64,000 nucleotides of DNA from positions 62,000,001 through 62,064,000 of the forward strand of contig OZ024747.1 of assembly GCA_964016885.1 (NCBI GenBank), in the 5' to 3' direction. A program made the position numbers and the translations under genes. Shown here one piece after another: positions 43,509 through 55,490 of the stretch (positions are counted from its first letter, which is position 1; every line of letters begins with the position of its first letter). Origin of the DNA: Eledone cirrhosa. Taxonomy: Eukaryota. Below the pieces are notes generated by a model that was not told the origin of the DNA, did not search any database, and was given only the letters and a program-made list of their open reading frames with translations.

Positions 43509-43568
43509 CACACACACACATATTTATATACATACACATGTATATATATACACATATATATACATACA

Positions 43569-43608
<40 letters not shown>

Positions 43609-43789
43609 CATATGCACACATACACACAAGCATATATATTTATTGCCATGTTTAAGCTCTACAGTAACCAATACTTTATATTACCACAATATATTATTAT
43701 ATGTAAGACACATATAGCTAGTGACATTCTGAGTAGAAGTCCTCTTTTTCATTTACAGGTGAACATCAAATATATATATATATATATAA

Positions 43790-44148
43790 TGGTCCCCATC
43801 GGTCACTAATGACCATGGTTTTGCACATAGAATGTTTCCCCTCCAAAGCACAAGCCTGGGCAAGATTTGTTTGTGGAAGACCACCAGTCATCAATACATA
43901 CCAGTCTCCCCTCACTATGCTTCCAATGTTGTCCAAGCGATGTTGTCCAAGCGATGTTGTCAAAGGCAATGCCCAATACAGCTTGGCATCAGTGAAGTCG
44001 CAACTCGTATCTACAGGTGAGTAAACTGGAGCAACATGAAATAAAGTGGCTTGCTCAAGGAAACAACACATCACTCCGTCTGAGAATGAAACTCACAACC
44101 TCTCAGTTGCACACCCAACGCTCTAACCACTAAGCCATACGCCTTCAC
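43790..44148 (-). mobile_element. tRNA-derived SINE with the same head but a different tail
   Basis: Minus: gtgaaggcgtatggcttagtggttagagcg...ttgctccagtttactca, then an unrelated 3' part. Confidence 0.75.
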
Positions 44149-44153
44149 ATTGT

Positions 44154-44180
<27 letters not shown>

Positions 44181-44184
<4 letters not shown>

Positions 44185-44794
44185 GAGATCAATATCATCA
44201 CAGGTACTAAGTACCTCTGGAAATATATAGGGTGTCTATGGTACAGTTGTTGTTCCATGGTATTAATTTGACATACCAGAACTATAAAATTGAGATAGTG
44301 GAGCAAGCAAGATTCAAACAATTTTTTTAAATAAATTAAAAAATATAATTTAAATATTTACCTATTCCTTTTACCGACGGTTTCACCTCACAAAATTCAA
44401 CTCCTTTTTATATATTCTCCTATGTGTAGAGAAAAAAATCCTATGTTTTACCTAGCTGCTATTTTTAGTGGCGTGATAGACAACACGTCTATGTTTACTT
44501 CCGATCTACTATGGGCTAGTTCATGTGCAGGTCAAATTTTCAGCCTCACTCGATTCTGCGCTAGCTGGCAGATGACAATATATTTTGCCGTTCCTGAGAC
44601 TTTTCGTCCTAGGTAGGGAAAATGCTTTCTGAAGATCCGAACATTTCCATTGGAAGTCTCTAGGATTTCCAATCTTTTGTGAGGTGAAACCGTCGGTAAA
44701 AGCAAAAGGAATAGGTAAATATTTAAATTATATTTTTTAACTTATTTTAAAAAATTGTTTGAATCTTGCTTGTTCCGCTTATCTCAATTTTATA
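44181..44794. mobile_element. Fold-back element flanked by (TA)n, probably PLE-derived
   Basis: Arms about 44283-44395 and 44675-44794, with an unpaired tail at 44181-44282. The hammerhead spans the loop and right arm. Confidence 0.8.
44623..44704 (+). ncRNA. Type I hammerhead ribozyme motif in a fold-back element
   Basis: tgcttt-CTGAAGA-t-cc...gg-t-GAAA-ccgtcgGTA-aaagca. Stem I 6 bp, near-palindromic stem III (accg-t-cggt), extended stem II with internal hairpin attggaagtc/gatttccaat. Confidence 0.78.
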
Positions 44795-44991
44795 TATATA
44801 TATATATTATAACATCCATGAGCTTCGTAGGTCTCGCTTTGAGATCCAGCTAGATCAGTTGGAGATGGTTGCTTCTGATAAGACCTGCTGGAGGGAGTGT
44901 TTGAAGATTCAGCCTCCACGACCCTCTCAGGAATAAGTGGGCAAAGAATAAAGGAACAAAGAATCAGTGTTGCAAAATAACATATTTAATA

Positions 44992-45083
44992 ACATATTAC
45001 ATATGTTTCACTGTTGATAAGCTCGAGGAACGATCTATTATTGATCAAACCTGACTCTGGAATTGAAAGATCCTCAGATATGC
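44992..45083 (-). ncRNA. Hammerhead ribozyme motif with eroded stem II
   Basis: Minus: gcatat-CTGAGGA-t...t-GAAA-catatGTA-atatgt. Palindromic stem III acatatgt. Confidence 0.62.
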
Positions 45084-46246
45084 CTCAATATGTAAGCTCG
45101 TATTTGATGTGTGTGTGTGTGTGCATGTGTGTATATATGGCCCCAATACAATAATGAATCGTCACATGTGGTAAGCCTTTGATCAGGTCATCTGGACCAG
45201 GACTGGCCCAGGGTTAAACAACAATGACAGTCTTGCTGATGATAATATACAACTGGGGCAGGAAATGGATTTGAAAATACAGAGTCAGCCATTTTCTTCA
45301 TTAGGTTGTATTGACTGGTTAAAAGGGGAGAAGGGTGGAGTGGAGGTGTGTTAGTGGGGAATTAGAGGAGTAGGAGGGGGAGGAGAGAAACAGAGAATGC
45401 CAAAGAAGGAGGGGGAAAGGAAAAGAGAGAGAGAAAGAAGTGAGAGACAATAACAAATGGAGGTAAAGAGTGTGAAAGGGGGGGGGGGGTTATAAGAGAA
45501 AAGGTGGATCAGTGAATGGTGGTGGTGTAGTGGTGGTGGTGTAGTGGTGGTGGTCTAGTGGTGGTGTGGTTTTTGTTGGTATTGTGGTGTGGTGTGGTGT
45601 GATAGTGTTGTGGTGGTGTAGTGGTGTGGTGGTGTAGTGGTGTGGTGGTGTAGTGGTGTGGTGGGGTAGTGGTGTGGTGGGGTAGTGGTGTGGTGGTGTA
45701 GTGGTGTGGTGGTAGTATGGTAGTGGTAGTGTTGTGGTGATGTGTGGTGGTGGTGTGTGGTGTGTGGTGTGTAGTGGTGTAGTGTTATTTGGTATAGTGG
45801 TGTGGCGTGGTGGTGTGGTGTAGTGGTGGTGTGGTGTAGTAATGGTGTGGTGTGGTAATGGTGTAGTGGTGTAGTGGTGGTGTGGTGGTGTGGTGGTGTA
45901 GTGGTGTGGTAGTGGTGTGGTAGTGGTGTGGTGTGGTAGTGGTATGGTGTAGTAATGGTGTGGTGTAGCGGTGTGGTGTAGTAGCAGTGTGGTGGTGTGG
46001 TGTAGTAATGGTTTGGTGGTGTGGTGTAGTAATGGTGTGTGATGTGGTGTAGTAATGGTGTGTAGTGGTGGTGTGGTGTAGTAGTGGTGGTGTGGTGTTA
46101 GTCCAAGCCAATTACCTCTTCTGTGAAGACAATAACAAATTCACAGCAGAAATGGAAATATGGAAAGATGGGAGGTGAAAGTTTAAAAATTCATATTCAG
46201 CTCATATCTGTGTGTGTGTGTGTGCGTGTGCGTGTGTATATGTCCG

Positions 46247-46299
<53 letters not shown>

Positions 46300-46712
46300 G
46301 CGCGCGCGTGTATATGTCCGACTGTGTGTGTGTGTGTGCGTGTATATGTCCGACTGTGTGTGTGTATTTGTATGTGTGTATATGTCCGACCGTGTGTGTG
46401 TGTGCATGTATATGTCTGTGTGTGTGTATATGTCCGACTGTATTTGTATGTGTATATGTCTGACTGTGTGTGTGTGCTTGTATGAGTGTGTGTGCGTATA
46501 TGTCTGTGTATATGTCCGACTGTGTGTGTGTATTTGTATGTGTGTATATGTCCGATTGTGTGTGCGTGCTTGTATGAGTGTGTGTGTGTGTGTATGTCTG
46601 TGTATTTGTATGTGTGTATATGTCCGACTGTGTGTGTGTGCTTGTATCAGTGTGTGTGTGTGTATATGTATGTGTGTGTGTATATGTCCGACTGTGTGTG
46701 TGCTTGTATGTG

Positions 46713-46745
<33 letters not shown>

Positions 46746-47259
46746 TTGTATGTGTGTATATGTCCGACAGTGTGTGTGTATTTGTATGAGTGTGTGTGTA
46801 TATGTCCGACTGTGTGTGTATTTGTATGAGTGTATATGTCCAACTGTGTGTGTGTATTTGTATGAGTGTGTGTGTGTGTATATGTCTGACTGTGTGTGCT
46901 TGTATGAGTATGTGTGTGTATTTCTAAGTGTGTATATGTAATTGTATGTGCGTATATGTCTGACTGTGTGTGTGCTTGTATGAGTGTATGTGTGTGTATT
47001 TCTAAGTGTATATATATCTGTGTATATGTCTAAGTGTATATGTCTGAGTATGTGTGTGCTTGTATGAGTGTATGCGTATATGTCTGAGTGAGTGTGTGCT
47101 TGTATGTATTTCTAAGTGTGTATATGTGTAAATGCATGTATGTGTGTGTTTGTAAGGATTATTTCATATATGATATTATGTGTATATGTGTATAGAAGAC
47201 TGTGTCAGTATGCCACTGTGTGTATATCAGTATGCCTCTGTGTGTGTGTGTGTGTGTCA

Positions 47260-47290
<31 letters not shown>

Positions 47291-47522
47291 TCAGTATGCC
47301 AGTGTGGGTATGTGTGTATCAGTATGCTGTGAAAATATAATAGTAAATATAGAGTAATGTAAATGCTAAAGGGTTAAAGTGTCCTTATGGTATAATGGAG
47401 GGGAATTTGGGTGTTATTTCTTGCAGGCCTTTACAATAGCTGAGCAGAGCAGACCAAGTGAATAGTGTTGTTGTGGTATTTGATGTGGTCTGTTTCTGTG
47501 ATGTGACTACATGAAACATTAC

Positions 47523-47587
<65 letters not shown>

Positions 47588-47627
47588 TATAAATATTAAT
47601 AAAATAGATGTTCTTTTGATCAATTAA

Positions 47628-47680
47628 ATTTTATTATACAGATTTCAGAGGTACAACAGTACGTCCTCATCAGACAAAAT
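47628..47680 (-). ncRNA. Minimal hammerhead ribozyme motif
   Basis: Minus: attttgt-CTGATGA-ggacgtac(tgtt)gtacctct-GAAA-tctgtATA-ataaaat. Stem I 7 bp, stem III only 2 bp. Confidence 0.6.
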
Positions 47681-48032
47681 ATGATACATGACATACCCTG
47701 AGATGTTAAATGGTTAAGATTTAATGAAGATTTAATATTAATAACTCTGGAAAATATTTTTTTTCTGTAGAGTGCTTCCAATCTACTGTAAAACTTATTC
47801 TTTGATGTACTCATTGAATCTTGTTTAACTCTTTAATATATATGTATATATATATATAATTGAATATAAAAGAAAGATAAACACAGGCATATACATATAT
47901 GTGTTCAAATCGTAAGGCACCAGGTTCGCTAAGGTGAAAAAGATACTAACCATGGACAATAGGGTTTGCCAGACTCAATTTAAGAATAAATCAAGAAAAT
48001 AACTACAAACCGGAATTGTGGTAACTACCAAA

Positions 48033-48115
48033 TCACCCAGACAGTGTTTGGTGATGCTGTTTCGCAATCCAATTGTGAAGAGAATTACCAACTTTTATTG
48101 CTCATCAGTGGATGA
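48033..48115 (-). ncRNA. Type I hammerhead ribozyme, canonical core
   Basis: Minus: tcatcca-CTGATGA-gcaat...attgc-GAAA-cag(catcaccaaaca)ctGTC-tgggtga. Stem I 7 bp (one G-U), stem II closes G-C with 5 bp, stem III 4 bp, GUC triplet. Confidence 0.88.
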
Positions 48116-50319
48116 AAAATTAGTAAACTCCTCACTTCTAAGTATATCAGAAAACTGAATAGTGTGCGTATATACAATAACGCATGTGGTATCAGAACCT
48201 AGCGTGTCTCACAAACTCATACCGCTAAAAATAGCAGCCAAGTTTACTCAACATTTAAATTAGCTCAACAAATTAATGAAGCCGAATATATCAAAGGTAT
48301 ATATAGAACTGTTTAATTCAAAAGAAACTATCAAATACTCTACTAATGTACCAAGTACCTTACTTATTGTGGTTACCACCAATTGAGCCCAGGACTGTGT
48401 GCGTGTGCGTGTGTGTGTGTGTGTGTAGATCCCGAGTTATTGTGAGGTTGTGTTGTCGTGAGATTAGAATGCCGTTGTTGTGAGGTTGGGTTGCTATTGT
48501 GAGGTTGGGTTGCTATTGTGAGGTTGGGGTTGTTGTTGTGAAGTTGGGGTTGTTGTTGTGAAGTTGGGGTTGTTGTTGTGAAGTTGGGGGGATTGTTGTG
48601 AAGTTGGGGGGATTGTTGTGAAGTTGGGGGGATTGTTGTGAAGTTGAGGTTGTTGTTGTGAAGTTGGGTTGTTATTGTGAGGTTGGGGTTGTTGATGTGA
48701 GGTTGGGTTGTTGTTGTTTGATATATACAGTGCATGGCATTGCTGGTTGACAAATACTTCCGAAAATCCCAAATCTTGTCAATAGGGGGTCGAAAGTCAG
48801 GCAATGATGGATTATATAGTATAAAAACTAATACCACCACCACCAACAACATAAAATATATACAACAGCAACAACACAACAATAAAAACAACAATACAAA
48901 ACTAATATGTTCAATCCATACTGTGCAATAGAGAAGCGATAACAAAAAAAAACAAAACAATAATAATAACAAAAACAATAAGAACAACAATAACAATAAC
49001 AGTAATAATAAAAGCAATAAATAATAGTCAATGAAATAAGAACTGCTACTGAGAGGAGTAACAATGTGATATATAAAAACACACACAGGTAATTGAAGCA
49101 ATATCATCCATCTAGTTGATAAGTAGATTATAGAGAAATATATATAATTAGTGAATAAAATAGAAGAGGGGTGGAAGGAGAGAGGGTGGAAGGAGAGGGG
49201 ATGGAAGGAGAGGGGATGGAGATGGTGGATGTGTAGGAAGGACAGATAAAAAATAAAAATAATAAATTTTTAAAAAATAAAATAAAAAGATTTTTTTTTT
49301 CTATTTTTCTATTTTATTTGCTTCGTTTGAGATTTTCTTATTGAACTCATCAATAATCAATCATTAGAGATATCAGTCAAAATACTAACACCCTGTCCCT
49401 ACTGACTAATCTACCTAGCTAGCTATTGCTGCTGCTTGCTAACTTTGCCCTTCTTCTCACCTCATACAATGAACTTGTCTGTCTAACACTTTCATTCATT
49501 TACATATTTTTCTAATGAAAAAACTACCTATGGTTTCGAAATAATTTTGAAAATAATCAAGATTTTGGAAAGATTTAGTATTATAATTAACTTTCTTATT
49601 ATCTAAGTTAATATTTGTAACATTACATAAACCTTTTGATATCAATCTGGCCAAAACTGGCTCTTGTTCTATGAAATAAACCATCCATTTTAAAGGGTTG
49701 TTATTTAACCCTTTAGTTACCATCCAGGTCAAAACTAGCTCTAGTTCTTTGAGACAAAATCACTCATTTTAAAGGTTTCCAATTTAAATTAAAACTTCCA
49801 ACATAATTCTATTTAAGGACCTTACATTAAGTTACTATCTTAGGAATTAAATAATTGATAATTTTAGTAAATCCCTCTAAATTCTTCATTAATTAATTAA
49901 AATATTTCATTAGAAGTGGGGTCATGAAGGGTTAATAATAAGGGTTTCTGTTTTAAGTACAAGGCCAACAATTTGGGGGAGGGGAAAGTCGATTAAAAAT
50001 CATTAAGTGCATTATTGGTACTTTATTTTATCGATTCTGTAATGATGAAAGGTAAAGCTAACTTCGGCAGGATTTGAACTCAGAATGTGAAGGCCATAAT
50101 TATATGCTACAACGCATAATGTCCAACGCTCTAACATTACTACCAATCCACCACTCTATCAGATCCACTGTTAATAATAATAATAATAATTGTTTCTACT
50201 TTTGGCACAAGGCCAGCAATTATCCCAGTGTATTACTGGTACTTTATTTTATCGACCCCGTAAGGATGAAAAGCAAAGTTAACTTATAATAATAATAATA
50301 ATAATAATATTAACCAAAA

Positions 50320-50600
50320 TGAATATATATTTGTGTGACATGGCATGTCCACAAGAAAATTACTTGGAGAAAAAATACACAGAAAATTTCAGGTAGCTTA
50401 CGAAATGAGAGAAAAACATAAGGAAAACCAAATGCAGATAGTACCAATAATTATAGGTAGACTTGGTGGAGGAATGGAGAAGGTTGAAAATACCTTCAAG
50501 AAACTAATAAAAAGTGAGAAAGCTTGTACATCTTTCCTACAGGGTATCCAGGAATCTGTTCTTGTGGAAAACAAAAGAATGTTCCGGAAAATCATCTGAG
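50320..50600 (+). mobile_element. RLE-type LINE C-terminal fragment
   Basis: EKIHRKFQVAYEMREK..IVPIIIGRLGG resembles the EK..KY..LA.E..IVPIVIGALG endonuclease tail. Confidence 0.6.
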
Positions 50601-51066
50601 GAATGGTACAACTAGATCCAGTATTGTACCAAAAGTAACAACAACAACAACATAGGACTGCAGATTTATTCATAAGATACTTACACCTTTGATAACTGAG
50701 CTGGAACTTTGGCTGAAAATAACTATATCATTTACCATTGGCGGTACCATGGCCAATGAGGTATATCTGAAGCATGGTTACTGCTAGTTGAGAACACTTA
50801 CCATGACAATCATTCTCTCTAACATTGGCACAAGGCCAGCAATTTGGGAGTAGGGAAAATTCAATTATATTGACCCCAGTGTATTACTGGTACTTTATTT
50901 TACCAACCCTGGAAGGATGAACGGCAAAATTAACCTCAGCAGGGTTTCAACTCAGAACATAGAAAGTCATAACTAAATACCACAAAGCATTTTGTTCGCC
51001 ACTCTACCGATTCACTGCCAATCCATTGCCTTAATTAATAATAATAATAAAGTGTTTACAACTTAC

Positions 51067-51191
51067 CTGGAATTGGTTCCTTTGAAGTGGCTTCAGCTTC
51101 AAGCACCTCATGTAGCAACAATTCCAGCACATGTGGAAAGTAGGGTAGTTCGGTACAACAATGGGCTAAATCCAATGCATGAACTCCCAAA
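51067..51191 (-). CDS. RIC1: Internal exon of RIC1 (RAB6A GEF complex partner 1 / KIAA1432)
   Basis: Minus strand reads ttcag|[43 protein letters not shown]|gtaagt. This matches the RIC1 motif [27 protein letters not shown] as I recall it. 125 bp with canonical AG/GT. Confidence 0.95.
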
Positions 51192-51294
51192 CTGAAATAT
51201 AAAGAAGGGAGATTTAATACTCATGTAATTTATGGGAAATTAAGTCAGATCAGAAGGGGTTGGGAGAGCTAGGTAACGCACTTAGGAAGGGACT

Positions 51295-51530
51295 AGGATT
51301 TAGGGAGTAGGGTGAGCTGGTTGTGATAGGCCTATGATTTGGGGAGGAAATGGGGTGGACCAGTTGTGATGGACCTGTGATTTGGGGAGGAAGTGTGATG
51401 GGTCAGTTGTGATGGACCTATGATTTGGGGAGGAAATGGGGTGGACCAGGTGTGATAGGCCTATGATTTAGGGAGGAAGTAGGGTGGACCAGTTGTGATA
51501 GGCCTGTAATTTGGGCAGGAGTGGGGTGGC
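51295..51530. repeat. G-rich 43-bp minisatellite, about 5 copies
   Basis: Unit gatttggggaggaaatggggtggaccagttgtgatggacctgt. Confidence 0.85.
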
Positions 51531-51967
51531 TATTCATCTCACGTTGTCATTCTGTTCTGTTACTTAGTCCATATATATACATATACACTACACGTATTTA
51601 CCTGTAACCAATCCATATAAGAATCATAAATATATACATATACATTGGGGGGTAGATATGGCTGTGTGGTTAGGGAGTTCTGTTTGCAACCTCAGTGAGA
51701 TTTGAACTGAGAATGTAGAGAACTGGAACAAAAGAATTTCCTCTGATGCTGTAACAATTCAGCCAATCACAGCTTTGTAACAACAACAACATTGATAATT
51801 ATTTCTTCTATTTTATCAAGAAAACGTTTAACTAGTTTATTGTTACTTGCACTTATCTCATTGATCCTACACACACATATATACACACACACGTATATAC
51901 AAACACAAACATACACACACACACACACGCGTATATACACACATGCGCATATATATATATATATATA

Positions 51968-52295
51968 TATCAGAGAAAAAAGAGAATCAGTGTTGCAACG
52001 AAAGGAATTTATTGGGCATATTACAATTGTTTCTCGGGCGACCAGCTCAAGGCACGATCGATGTGGTGATCAAGCCTGACTCTGAAATCGCGCAGTCCTC
52101 GGATACGTCTCGATTCTACGAAGCAGATTTTCCTGGTCGCTCGAGAAACAATTGTAATATGTCCAATAAATTCCTTTCGTCGCAACACTGATTCTCCTTT
52201 TTCTGTGATATCATACTCTGCTCTATGAGGGCATTGAGTGCTCATACAGTCTAGCCTACCGCATACGGACACTTTAAGCATCCAACACCAATCAT
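51968..52295. mobile_element. Fold-back element flanked by (TA)n, probably PLE-derived
   Basis: Arms about 51968-52045 and 52133-52211, with a tail to about 52295. Confidence 0.8.
52017..52107 (-). ncRNA. Hammerhead-like motif (U4C variant) in a fold-back element
   Basis: Minus: cgtat-CCGAGGA-...gcga...tcgc...-GAAA-caattGTA-atatg. Same family as 44992-45083 (shared gaatcagtgttgcaa and cctgactctg). Confidence 0.55.
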
Positions 52296-52495
52296 ATATA
52301 TATAGTCAGTGAAAAGAGGCAAATTTACAGTTTAAACTTCAAAGTCAGCCTGCTATATATATTAAGTGCTTATTCAATTCGCCACCATGTATAATTATAC
52401 ATAAAACACACACCTGTGTGTGTCTATGTGTGTATATATATATATATACACACATATATATGACATATCTATCTTTCAGTATCTCTCTATCTGTC

Positions 52496-52527
<32 letters not shown>

Positions 52528-52582
52528 TATAATATATATACAAAGTGTTAAAACAATCAAATCATAGTTTAATACATTTATT

Positions 52583-52629
52583 TGCTGACAATTGTTTCTT
52601 CCAGAGGGATGTCTGGAATCATCACAGCA
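52583..52629 (-). ncRNA. Decayed minimal hammerhead (C3G)
   Basis: Minus: tgct-GTGATGA-ttccaga(catccc)tctggaa-GAAA-caattGTC-agca. Confidence 0.6.
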
Positions 52630-53423
52630 TAGGGAATGTCTAAACAAGTGATTAAAATCCTAGTCATTCAGAACATTTAGGTAGATACATAACTGCTGTC
52701 AGAGTCTTAGACATCATGTAGAGAATAGGGAGTTAAAAAGATGTTATGCTTGAGAGAACACAATTACAAGGTTGAAAGTGTAAGAGGTACAAGCAAAAAG
52801 TACAGGCAAAAAAAGTTAAGGCTGCTTAATTTTATGAATTTACACAGGAAGTTATGAAGGGTTTAATAACAAAGGGAAGTAATTAAGGTTGTTGATAAAT
52901 TCAGGGTTGTTTTATTATTGTAGTAGTGTTATAAATTAATATTTATAAAATATAAAATATTATTATTGGTTATTAATTATATATAAAATTATTTCTTATT
53001 CTTATCTTTTCAACTTGTGTGGAGAGAGTTAAAAAGTTTTTTATTTTTTTTATAACTAGATAGAGTTTTATAAAGTTTATATATGTATATATAATATATA
53101 TGTGTGAGAATGTGTGTGTGTGTATATATATATTCAGATTGTGCAGAGAGAGTTGAAGCTTTTTATGACAAGATAGGGAATTGTATAATATATACTGGAG
53201 TAATTGGTGTTATATACATAGTTGTCTGCTATTTAGTTAGTGTTATATATTGAGAGTATATTAGGGTGTCTATATTATTTATTTATTTGGTTATTAGAAT
53301 TGTATTAGGTGAGAGATCAAAGAAGGGGTTTATTAGTACTTAGTACTACCCTCCATATTTATAATTGTATATTAAACATATATAAATATAAATATTACTA
53401 TATATATATATATATATAGAAAA

Positions 53424-53503
53424 ACAGAGTGTCCCAAAAAATGTAGACATACTTCAACAGCATTCTAATAAAAGAGTGTATATATTTTTGGGGGACACCC
53501 TGT
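53424..53503. mobile_element. About 80-bp Tc1-like mini-MITE (inverted relative at 14567-14646)
   Basis: cagagtgtcccaaaaaat...atttttgggggacaccctg. Confidence 0.6.
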
Positions 53504-54409
53504 AGATATATATATATGAATGTTACTTGGGTGGTTTATATGTAAAGCCAGCTTCCTGCACCACCATCCACCTGAGAATATTTCATTTTCACTGACAAAA
53601 AAGCTGTCGGAGAAAGTTGCATCTTGAAGTAATTCTTTGATCTTGTGTCACCCTTTGTAATCTGGCATCTGATCAAAACTTAAAGGGTAATGGGTGGTGG
53701 GGTGAGGCAGGGCAAGAATGTGTGACTTCCTCAGACTATACAGGGAGGGGGGGGGGGGGGATAAAACAAAACAAAACTAAATACAATATTGATCTGTACA
53801 CACACACAGGCAGGCATAAACACACACACACACACACAGGCAGGCATAAACACACACACACACACACACACACACAGGCAGGCATAAACACACACACACA
53901 CAGGCAGGCATAAACACACACACACACACACACACACAGGCAGGCATAAACACACACACACACAGGCAGGCATAAACACACACACACATATATATATATA
54001 TATAGTAACATACATGCACAGATACATAGGTATAAGAGAAAATAGTTGTGTGTGTGTGTGTGTGTGTGTATACACACATTTATCTGCATATATCAAAATA
54101 CAAAATATACAGGCATAAACACTGCATGCGTGTGTATATATATATTTATATATATACACACATGTATGGTCATAAGGTACAATATTTGGTTTTTGTATAA
54201 TTATACATTATATTCAGTTGTACTCACACACACACACACACACACACACTACCACATACTTATATATAAAATGTTATTTAAGGAAATTTTAATCAAAACA
54301 TGGAAATGTATTTTTACCATGAGCAAAATAAACTTTTACAACTATAAAAAATAATTTCAACAACAACAGCAGCAGTAATAAACTATTATCATTATCATCA
54401 CTATCACCA

Positions 54410-55490
54410 CCACTATTATCACCACCATTATCACCGCCATTATCACCGCCATTATCACCGCCATTATCACCGCCATTATCACCGCCATTATCACCGCCAT
54501 TATCACCGCCATTATCACCGCCATTATCACCGCCATTATCACCGCCATTATCACCGCCATTATCACCGCCATTATCACCGCCATTATCACCGCCATTATC
54601 ACCGCCATTATCACCGCCATTATCACCGCCATTATCACCGCCATTATCACCACCATTATCACCAACATTATCACCACCATTATCACCAACATTATCACCA
54701 ACATTATCACCACCATTATCACCACCATTATCACCACCATTATCACCGCCATTATCACCGCCATTATCACCAACATTATCACCACCATTATCACCGCCAT
54801 TATCACCGCCATTATCACCGCCATTATCACCGCCATTATCACCAACATTATCACCAACATTATCATCAACATTATCATCAACATTATCACCACAATTATC
54901 ACCGCCATTATCACCGCCATTATCACCGCCATTATCACCGCCATTATCACCACCATTATCACCGCCATTATCACCGACATTATCACCGACATTATCATCA
55001 ACATTATCACCACTATTATCACCAACATTATCACCGCTATTATCACCACCATTATCACCACCATTATCACCGACATTATCACCGCCATTATCACCGCCAT
55101 TATCACCGACATTATCACCAACATTATCACCACCATTATCACCGACATTATCACCACCATTATCACCGACATTATCACCACCATTATCACCGACATTATC
55201 ACCGACATTATCACCGACATTATCACCACCATTATCACCAACATTATCACCAACATTATCACCGACATTATCACCGACATTATCACCGACATTATCACCG
55301 ACATTATCACCACCATTATCACCAACATTATCACCACCATTATCACCACCATTATCACCGACATTATCACCACCATTATCAACATTATTATCACCACCAT
55401 TATCACCGACATTATCACCAACATTATCAACATTATTATCATCAACATTATCACCAACATCATCATCATTATTATCAACATTATTATCAC
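54410..55490. repeat. 12-bp minisatellite (attatcaccgcc and variants), about 1.1 kb
   Basis: Accounts for the 411-aa AVIM-repeat ORF. Confidence 0.95.
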
